64,000 bases of DNA from the NCBI GenBank assembly GCA_964035545.1, contig OZ037770.1, positions 12,016,442 through 12,080,441 on the forward strand, written 5' to 3'. The DNA is from Bugula neritina (Eukaryota; Animalia; Bryozoa). Positions 53,960-64,000 of this stretch are shown piece after piece. The notes beneath the pieces are model-generated. The model made no database searches, had not been told where the DNA came from, and was given only the letters and a program-made list of their open reading frames with translations. The position numbers were made by a program, and so were the translations under genes. The first letter of the stretch is position 1; every line of letters begins with the position of its first letter.

Positions 53960-56800
53960 TAAGTGCAAACATACTTTGATCAGTTTGTTAATTAATATCT
54001 ATGAAACAAATAAATCAATGACTGAAAAAGAAAATTACTTACAAGCCAATTGATTAACTTGCAAGTCTTTCAGCAAGTGATCCCCTGCGTTGGTACCAAT
54101 GATGCACACGAATATTGATATATGTAACTCAGTGCATCAGAGCATAAAATAACTAAAACAACACAGTGTGGCTTTTATTTAGATAATTCTATTTTATTGT
54201 TACTTGGTAGCTCCACAATTTGTTAATTAATGTTTATAAGACAAATAAATAGAAGGCTGAACAAAAAGAATCGTTTACAAGCCAGTCGATTAAATTGAAA
54301 ATATTTTAGCAACAGACGCGTGCATTGATGCTACTCATGCAAAAGGATGTTTATATAATTCAGGTTGTCTATTTAATTATAGCATCAAAACAATATAGCA
54401 AAACTGTTATGCTGTTCCAAAAAATACATTCATTCAAAGCTGGTAGCTCCACAAATATTTGACTTTATTGTCTCATTGTTCGCATGTGAAATATGTTTGA
54501 CTTGCTAGGCAACATCCAGGGTAGTGCTGGCCAACCTGGGGGAAGTCCCCTCCTTGCCTTAAGAGCTGGTATTTTGACTTTTTAGGAGGATTTTATTTTT
54601 AAAATATCAAGTAACATTTTAAGCTTGTTTTTGCCTTCATCTTAATAATTAATTCATTAACTTACCTCCCCTACGTTTCAAGTGACCGAGATGTGCCTTT
54701 TCAAAACAGAGCAAGACTTGAGCAATTAAGCTGGCGAAAAGCCTTGCCTGAAGCCATCACATTAATGATTGAACTGCTCCATATTTCGTACAAACATGCA
54801 TAATATAACTATAAGTACAATCATTATATCATAATCAAATATAATATAATGATTCAGAGGTGAGGAAAAGAGGAAATTGTATGAAGAAGGTTGCAAACCA
54901 CTGATCTTGAAAATCATAGCTTGCGTACTGTAAGAACCAAGAAACAGGGTCACACTTTATGCATTTCTTTATAACAGGCTGCTTAACCAACACTTGGTCA
55001 TCTATTATCTTTGTAAATAAATTTTCATTGGATGCAACGTGAGGCATTTCATATTTTGCTAGGCTACAGTACAAGCATTATAAAGCTGAACATCAAATTA
55101 CTGTTATTGTCTCTTCATATAGCAATCATCAAGTTAGGCTGTCACTATTAGAACTTGAGATTGAAACCAGAGCTAAGGCTATTAGATAATATAATAAGAT
55201 ACAATTTTATGCAACTTTGAGTCTATTTGACATGCAGCAACACTATCAGACTTGTGCAAACATTAATCAATGAATCAAATTTACTGTAGGGTGTAGTTTG
55301 TAACAGTCTGATGATACTCAACCAATCTTCAAGTTCAAGATCATGCTTTTCATTTATTACACCTAAAAAGACATCCTAGCCGGCCATGTTGAAAAGAGCG
55401 ACAGAGCAACAGGAAGTGGGTGCATGTCGAAATATTCTTGAGATTTTGCATCTGCAGAAACTCTTTTCTTAGGGTCGAATGTAAGGAATCTGTAATTATA
55501 TTATAGAATTAGTGGGATATTTTCCATTAGTTTGAAGTTGTCTGCACCATCAAATTTGCAGAATAATGCTAATAACTCGGTTACAATATTTGATAAACTG
55601 CATTTATGATATTCATTTTATACTCAGTGTGTTGGTGTTTTTGGGAAAATTGAAGGACTTGAATGAACTGAAGATGCAAATAGAAATGATGTTGCAAGCA
55701 AATCAATGTGAACCACTTCCACCGCCTCCGTTCCTGGTTCCACCCATTTGCCCCTTGTTAGCACAAAGTAATACAATATCCACAAATATTGAAAAAGCCA
55801 GGTTAAAGACGTTCGCATATGCTAGTGACGGCATGCTTTTGTATGGACTGTGTCTACTGATAGAAGTAAAACATTTTAAATTATGACCATTTTATCTGGA
55901 GACCAAGGAGCAAAAACATCTGCTTTACTAAACGGAGAGAAAAATTCCCATTTATGTTTATTTCATATTTCTACAAGTTATTGGTTCCACTATTTGCTAG
56001 TTAATTGACAGATAAATGGAAGAATGGACAAGAAAATTGCTTACAAGCCAGTTGATCAATTTGAAAACGGATATTTATATAATTCAGCGTGGTCATTTAA
56101 TTTTTGCAAATGAACTAAAACAACACAGTGTAATTTTTATGTTGTTCCAAGGAATAAATTCATTCAAAGCTGGTGGCTCCACAATTATTTGACTTTATTG
56201 TCTCATTTTTCACATGTTGCTTGAAATTCTAGAAATTAATCTTTTTAAAAAATATTTATGGAGCTAAAGCTGCACAAATATTTGACTTTATTGTCTCGTT
56301 GTTCACATGCAAAATGTGTTTGACTTGCTAGGCAACATCCAGGGTAGTGACGCCCAACCTGGGGGAAGTCCCTTCTTAAGAAGGGGAATTTTTTAAAGAG
56401 ATTTAATTTCTAGAATTTCAAGCATCTTTTAGAGCTCGTTTTTGAAAGTTAGAATACCTGCATACGTATAATGTATAGGTATAATCTTAATTCCTTAAAT
56501 TACCAAAGCTGCGTTTTCAGTGACCCTAGATGTGCTTTTCAAAACAGAGCCAGACTTGAGCTGGCACGAAGGCATTAATTGAAGCCATCACATTAATAAT
56601 TGAACTGCTTTGTGTTTCATACATACATGCATAATATAACTATTGCAGTCATTATAATATTATATAATCAAATATATAATATAATGATTCAGAGGTCAGG
56701 AAAGGGGAAGCTGTATAAAAAAGGTTGCGAACCACTGATTTTAAAAGTCATAGCTTTAATTGGTACTGTAAGAATTGAGAAGCAGGGTCATACTTTATGT
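53960..56800 (+). repeat. Local direct duplication of about 0.9 kb
   Basis: About 54240-54960 aligns with about 56010-56800, e.g. GACTTGCTAGGCAACATCCAGGGTAGTG at about 54499 and 56322. Confidence 0.85.
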
Positions 56801-57118
56801 TGTAAGAATGTATGCTAAAGCTATAACTTACTGTTGCCTGTAGTACACAAGCAAGAAACAGTAAACATCATATTCATCTTTTATATTAACTTTTTAATAA
56901 ATCTCTTGACAAATCTGCTTAAATTATATTAACATGAGCATTAAGTGACTCAATCAAAGCTTTAATCTGTAGCGGATTTAGATATTACAGCACGAAACTA
57001 TTAGTAAATATAATAACCAATCTACTGCAATTTTACTTATACTTTCATATAATTTTGCTAACTTTACCTCACTTCAATATAAATTATCACAATAGTATAC
57101 TAAGCCAGTCCTGTAACC

Positions 57119-57481
57119 CAGGTCCGTCCAACAGGTGGCCCCAGGCCCAGATTTGAAGGGGTTGCCAGTTAAATTTATTTGTGGTTCTTAAAGGTTTAAT
57201 GTATAAAATTATTTTGCCCATGTTCGTTGATTAAGGTAGAAGAATCAGTTCTTCAGTGTTTTGTTTACATACATGCCACAAAACATGCAACCTGCACTTA
57301 TAGTTATTGAGACTCCATTGTGTAGTAATTCTTAAGAATTATGAATAAAGTAACTTGAACCATACTGATATAGTTATAGCTCCCAGCTAAAGCTAAATTT
57401 TACATAGCGGCCCTTGCTACTGCAAAATATTCATTTAGAGGCCCTTTCTCCAAGAAGGTTAGACACCCCCCCCCCCCCCCC
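57119..57481. mobile_element. Degenerate hAT (Charlie-like) MITE
   Basis: Left end CAGGTCCGTCCAAC..GGCCC; right end GGCCC..AAGGTTAGACACCCC followed by poly-C. Resembles the CAGGGGTGTCCAAC/GTTGGACACCCCTG ends of hAT MITEs. No TSD seen. Confidence 0.5.
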
Positions 57482-57989
57482 AGTCTATAAACCATTAGAT
57501 CACGGCTGCTTTCTTAATTATTATAATATATTGGGTTTTTAAGCAATAAGCAGTTATACACAGGATTTAAAAGTTTTACTAAAGTTTTACTCAACACCAT
57601 TTGATTTTAGCTTTCAGTGAATACTATCACTTTTAGGGTGATTTGGGATTGTCTGCTTCTGTCATGTTTATACGAGGAGATAATTACTCAACTCTACATT
57701 GTTTTTAATGTTATTTAAGAAATTTGTTTAAGCTGCATTATTTTTACTCTAAAAGCAAATGCTATTATTAGTATATACTTTATTTATTGACTTGTTACAA
57801 AAATATTATTATTTTAGCAATACTGTTAGTTTATTTTCCAAAAATCGCATAAAATAAATTTATTAGGAAAAACCACTAAAAACTAAAGAAATATAAAATA
57901 TGTGCAAATTTTCTCTCCTCTTTATTTGTAGTGCAAGGGTGTGTGATCTTGAGATAACTAAGTTAATTCAAGTCAAGTTGAGGTAAACT

Positions 57990-58067
57990 CTAACAATCTT
58001 TTGTGGTCTCTTCCGAAGGGTGCTGGGTCAATAAGAAGTTGTAGGTGTCTGGTTCAGATCCCATTTC
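57990..58067 (-). pseudogene. Orphan terminal exon of a member-A duplicate (internal exons deleted); possibly still used
   Basis: Encodes EMGSEPDTYNFLLTQHPSEETTKDC*, identical to 40382-40305, with an intact acceptor. The 2.7-kb segment 40490-43197 is missing at the junction near 58155. Confidence 0.75.
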
Positions 58068-60625
58068 CTAAAATAAACATCCAAATGATGAAATATGCAA
58101 TACGATGTGCACTTACTTAAAATATTAGAACTATTCAATTAAGTTTAGACTAAATCTATTATATAAAACACATAAATAATAGTTGAAGAAACCCTAATAT
58201 TATATAACAAAATTGATTTTAATCAATTATTACTAATTGATTTATTTCAAGCATCTAATGCCAGGGACATCTAATACTAGTAACACTTTGTCATTTTATT
58301 TTTTTTCTGCCAATTCACCATACTTAATTTTAAGTCTAAAACTATTGAGCGCTCATCCTTAAACATTAAAATATGTCAATTATTCATTAGAATAAATTGC
58401 TGTCTTGTGCATCTATAGAGCTTTACACCATTTAACTTTGCATAAAATTTCCAACAGTATTCTATAGTATTACTATGGCAAGTCAATACTATCCTTTACA
58501 AAGTTTACTGTACACTTGCTTAAACCTCCCACAACTTTCCTCCTCAAATAAATGAGTTTAAAAGTAAACTTACAGCTGAGTGTTTTCATCTCTCATCTAT
58601 CTTTTTACAAAACTCCTGCCAACATGCTTGTCTGAAAGCATTGCTTTAACTGCTGTATTACTAAGAGCACACTTCTTATGTAACTCTATAACCTGAATAT
58701 TATGTTATCTAGCTACTAAATTTGGTAAATAAAAAAGTTGCTCAAAAATTTAATCGTCACCATTTTGGAAATTGGACTTACAGGGTCTGTTTATATGAGT
58801 AATGGAATACAATTTTGTTTCCTTAAGATAAGCACTTGTATAAGTCAAGTCCCAATTTTTCACTTCCCTTTATAAAATATGTAAACAATGACAATGCTTA
58901 AGCAGTGCAATTGTTAAATATCAATAGAAACTTTCAAAAGGCAATGCAACAAATGTAGCTTTGCAGTTCACCTACGTTTAGTTTCATATTTGGAACAGTT
59001 TGACTCTACATCAGCGCAGGCTAACGCTTGTGTTTTGTGCACTCTGCTATGTACACATGCATGTGTGACTAATTTATGTTGCAAAATCATAAAACTCAAG
59101 TATTGCAAAGTGTTTTGTACCTAAAGCTACATGTTATAGTAACTTGTGGGTTTTTGACTGTAATCAGGCAGAGAACATAACTCCTTGCAAGTGATAAGAG
59201 ATAAGAAGGTTTTCGTAGTGTGCGCAAAGTAAGTTTTATTGGTAAGAGTAGTTTTTTGCAGTGTGAGCTCCTGTATTCAATTGACTGGAAGCTTAGAATG
59301 AGCCTTTTTTATGCTGGTCAAACAAAAGGGGTCTAGAACCTTCGACCGACAATTGGCCGAAGTTTGGAATGTCAAGTTTTGGTGTGACCGACATTCGGAA
59401 TGTTGGAGTTCGACAATCGGAATGTCAGTTAGTTGGCAGCTAAACTTCGATTTACAATAAGTAGACAAAATTGAAACAAAATTAAGGGGGGCTAAGGATT
59501 GCTGTTTAACGTAAATAATTACAAGAATGTATATTGGAGGGATAACTCTATAAAATACCACAGTATATAACTATACATTCCATATCAGCTTCATTTGAAT
59601 AATATTGATCAATTCACTTATAATGGATAAATGCTAGTAAAGTGAAACTCACACATGCACGTATATGGTCACCTTTCACCGCCGTGGTCCTGCGCAGGTA
59701 GTTGGGCACATGCACGTATATGACAAATTTATTTTGCAAAATCGTAAAACTCAGGTATTGCAAAGTGTTTTGCTGTGGAAGCTGCATATTGTAATGGTTG
59801 TGGGAAGTATTGCTCCCCAACCCTCAAGTTGTTAATACTTGCAGTAGAAGACATTGATATTATATTATAAAAGTTCCAAGAGACGATAACTCCATTACCA
59901 CTCATTATGGTCACCATTGCCGGAACCTTATACCGGCCAATCAGAGCAAACCCTCCAGTTATAAACAGCGCCTTCCGAAGCCTAGTCTCAGTCTGAGCTA
60001 GGATAACTTTTGTGTAAACTAGGATAATACTGTATGACTGTTTTTCTATATGTGTATTCTTTTGCAATTGGTGATAACTTTACTTTTATGTAATTAGATA
60101 TAAAATATAGACATTCTTTAAACGCTACCCTGCTTTGGTTCTCTCTCTCAAAAACTTTGTAGTTAGATAATGGAGCCATGCAGTAATATTAATGACAGTT
60201 TATTCAGACTCTTCATGATTCATTTTTCTGTTCTTATTTTTATATTGTTGTTCTCTTTCATACAAACTTCGATTTTTTTACATAATAATAATAATCAATT
60301 ATATTTTTAAAACAGCTATGAAAAAATAAAAATAATTTGCAAACATAGGATGTACAATAATATGAGCTACTACCAACATTAAAACCATATGTATGATTAT
60401 ATATATAAACTTATTATTGAAATTTCATAGACATTACCAAACAGTACATTATAACTAAAGATTAAATAGGTCAAGCTGATTAGAAAGTCAAGCTGATTAG
60501 AAGCAAGAAATTTTGATTTTTCAAGAAAATGTTAAAACTTGCGGTTGAGCTAATCAAGTGTGCAATCCAGCATAAAACAATATATATATATATAGGAAGT
60601 TGGAACTTTGCCAATTGTCAGCTTC

Positions 60626-63600
60626 TTATCGCAATGAGTCAGCATCATCAGTGTCATAACCGGCAGCTCCCTTCGCTGACTTACTTGGCTCGTCCTCCGC
60701 GTCTGTTGGTTGTGATGGCTTCTCATCAAATTTCTACATAATGAATTTAACTATAGTAATTGGCATTTAACACTTTTTTTCAAAAATACTTTCAAGTTTT
60801 AAGTCAAACAGTATGTTTCATCCTAGATAGATGCTTCCCAGTTAGACGCCATTTTTTATTTTGGTATCATAATAATGTATATAACTGTTGTATTGATTGC
60901 TAAATAGCTAATATATGCTATTATAGCTATAATAGCTAATATAAACTATTTGGAATAATAGCCCACTTTTCACAAATTTGTGTGAGGCAAGAAGCAGTTA
61001 TACGTTACTAATAGACATCAATGCTTTTAATGAATACTTATATTAACGAAATATTTTTCCAAACAACAAGAAGTATAGAATATGCAAAATTAATAAGTTA
61101 ATGCAAATGACAGGAAATGATTTATGTGCTAAATAGCAAACAATTATTGATCCAAGTTAATTCAAATATACATGTATTTCAATATTATTCAAATAAATTG
61201 CACATAAAATATATGTTGTACTAAAATAAATAAATAGCATCTAACTGGGAAGAGTTTACCTGGGATGACACCAAATAAGTACAGTCTGTATCAGAATTTG
61301 GAGAGCGTTAAGATAAACACACATATATATATATTACATTATTATGAAATTAACTAATGATAAACTTAAAAATAGCACTTATTTGATTTCAGTTCTATAA
61401 ATGATCTATATGTTCTGCTATAGATATAAGTCTTTATTTATAGTAAAAAAATACTTCAGTAAACTTGGCTAATTTAGATCTTGATTGACAATCAGTGCAT
61501 CAATTTAACTAATATAAAATCACAACAACTCAAAACCAATTCATGGCATCAAAATAGAACTAATTTTTCAACAGATGTGTAAAGCAAACATGTTTTTCAT
61601 TTATATGTATATATCATGATATATTATGCATTTTTATCATGAGTTAACACAAGCAGAACTTTCCAACAATTACTAATTACCACCTAAGACATGTTTGCAA
61701 AATAAGAAGTATAGCATTTGTCAATGGTGAGTTTTAGAACAGAAGCTACCTGAACTGTAGTTCTTATTTCTTGGAGAATCTCTGTGATAGTTGGAGGATC
61801 GCTGCTGCTTTCAAAACCTTTTTCTACCAAATTTTTTACATCGAGTTTAAGTTTCTTTACATCCAGCCCTTCATATCTTTGATGCCAGGTATTGCGCTCA
61901 GATTCAACTTGGCTAAAAATAAAACAAAGGCAGGGCAATATTATTGGATTTTTGTCATGTATAAACATGTTGCATCGTGCCTATGATAATTAGCCCCCAT
62001 TTTCAAGGCTATAATTGTATGAGCATATGTGATAGGTAAGTGTTTTTGTAAAAACAAACATTAGCTAGTATAGTAGTCAACTTTATCAAACTTTAATCGC
62101 TTTGATTTTAAAATAATAGCACTGATCACTATTCTAGACAATGCAGGTACATCATAATGCTTCAATAGGGAATCTTTGCAGTTTTTTAGCTTTAGTATAA
62201 AAACAGCTGTTACAGTTTCAATTAGAAACGGCCTTCAGGCCATATGTCCAATTTGGAATTATAGATCACTGGTTTATTAGATTTCTGTTTAGTCTCATTC
62301 AATTGCTATTGACTTATGATATTTATGAAAATTAACAGATGTAATATGAAATCTAAACTTTAAACACACAAAAAACTTAATAAAACATCATACCATTATA
62401 ATCTTAAAATAAATTACAATTACAATGCTAACATTATTTATAATTCTATATTCAAAATCAAAATGGCTATAAATTTAGTTTGACTGATGCTATAACCAGA
62501 CAGACCTGGTTACCAAGTTATGGAGCATTTTAGTGCATTTTGCTATTTTATTTGCAGTAGAGTGGCCTTGGTTTTAAATTTTCTCTGTATTGATACAAAA
62601 TTACAAATTTCAGAGCAGCTATATAATATGGCAACTTAATTACCCAAGTCTTTCCAGGAGCTTGTCTTTCTCATTCATCATTCTTTGTAATTCTAAAACT
62701 TTTTCTTGAAGGCAATCTCGTTCTGTCTGTAGAGCATCTCTTTCTGTCTGTAGAACATCTTGCTCTGAAATCAGAGACTCAAGTGTTTCTCTAATTTCTG
62801 GACCAGTATTCCTTAGCTGGTCTTTCAGTTCTTGTAACTCCTCCTCTTTCTTTCCCAATAGCCTTACATATTCAGTTAAAAATAAGTAGTAAGTTAATTT
62901 TCAACGCATTCAGTCGTTAAAAAGAAATTTGCAAACTTTTATAAAAGACACTGCAGGAGCCCTGCATGTGTGCAAAGAGAACATCTGCCTTTATTGTTCT
63001 TAAATTGCTACTGAACAGATAATTATTTGGCTACTCACTTTTCGTAATAGGAGTGCAATTCATTTAATGTTTGAATAGAGACCTTCATGTCTTTATAATA
63101 GTCACGTACCTATAATAAAAAGTGAAGTTATTTCAATAATATGTTGAGGAGACTTACTTGTAAATATAGCAGAGTTGAACAGGTTACTTATATCACCAAT
63201 GATTATATGTATAATATTGCAGCCATATTACTTCATCTTTCTAAGCTAACAATTTTCAACGCATCAAATTTTACTTCAAGCAAAGTCTTACGAGTAATGA
63301 AGCATGTGGTTGCTATTAGTTTGTTTATACTGCACGGTCATCTTTCTACCAGAAGTTATTTACAAGTATACAATATTTTTGCAGCATTTTATGCAATTTT
63401 CAAAATAAAACCCACGTTCAGTCAACATATAATATCACTAAAAGGCAAATCGAAATTTTTAACATGCATACATGCTTTACACAAACTTGATTTTCAATTT
63501 TAAGAATTTTAGCAAGGAAAACCAGCACTCAAAACTTATTCAAACTTTAGTGTGTGGAAATGGTTTGCACTCTCACCCTGGCTTTGTAGTTACCTGAGAG

Positions 63601-64000
63601 TAAAGAAAATATTTTTCAAACTTGAATTCTTTCAAAAACCGTTCATATATTGCTTGACCTCGTTTGGATTGAGCAAAATTTATATTACTTGTTGTCATAC
63701 AGTTACTATAGAGTAGCTGCATATCTTCTAAATCAGCCAAGGTTTGCTCTGAAAAGTCTAAGTAGTAGTGTTCTTTGACGATATTTATCATGCGATTTAA
63801 ATCTATATTGTTAGATTCAGACATTATTTCTCGTACTAATCGAATCATGAAAAATTTCATGTGTTCAACTTTACTCAGTTCGGCATAAGTTGCATCTTTT
63901 GCTAATGAGTAGACTTCTTCGCTGCATGTTCTCTTGATCTCATCTAGATTATCTTGCAGGGCTGACCGAGTCTCTAGAACATTGTCATTATTTAGGGAAT
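60626..64000 (-). CDS. Uncharacterised helical-domain + coiled-coil protein, family member C (5' end beyond the window)
   Basis: Exons >64000-63594, 63109-63039, 62862-62644, 61912-61750, 60733-60626 (KFDEKPSQ...DADSLR*); all GT-AG and frame-consistent. Confidence 0.8.
60814..61272. mobile_element. MULE-type MITE related to 44863-45348, in the last intron of member C
   Basis: Ends TGTTTCATCC..TTCCCAGTTAGACG and TCTAACTGGGAA..TGGGATGACACC; degenerate TSD; absent from the paralogous site at about 48100. Confidence 0.65.

Larger units (their letters stand above)
57670..64000 (+). repeat. Second unit of a large tandem duplication of the coiled-coil gene region (unit 1 begins about 40000)
   Basis: 57670-58155 with 40000-40490; 58155-59060 with 43198-44130 and 46157-46460; 59650-60230 with 46455-47130; 60750-64000 with 48040-50620. 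Confidence 0.9.

Noticed and set aside
55566-55886. 106-aa ORF with a Pro-rich patch between the 54-57 kb duplicates
   Set aside because: No recognisable domain and no consistent upstream exon chain (the neighbouring segment has stops in all frames); at most a decayed fragment.

Overview
AT-rich, intron-containing eukaryotic DNA. The gene and transposon content suggests a marine invertebrate, probably a lophotrochozoan (inference). Exons were reconstructed by hand from GT-AG sites and frame continuity. Plus strand: a 6-exon divergent class-A GPCR (1795-5842); a secreted Thr/Pro mucin-like precursor with a CxxxCxxxC motif at each end and an RKKR site (6619-8861); an intact 13-exon ARSB/ARSI/ARSJ-type sulfatase (14146-26183); and two tandem PAN + F-type lectin paralogs (28053-30639, 35382-37483) whose differences cluster in the sugar-binding loops. 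Minus strand: a family of unrecognised helical/coiled-coil proteins (40305-43139, 47949-50975, 60626->64000) inside a roughly 18-kb tandem duplication. The duplication includes a deletion derivative that keeps a promoter-like cassette and a last exon differing only at silent sites. Mobile DNA: a 5'-truncated Penelope-like retroelement (RT + GIY-YIG) with a complete hammerhead ribozyme and an inverted partial pLTR, a CACTA-type MITE, two MULE-type MITEs, a hAT-like MITE and a tRNA-derived SINE family. Many ORF-track entries are microsatellite artefacts. No database searches were possible; family assignments rest on motif recognition.
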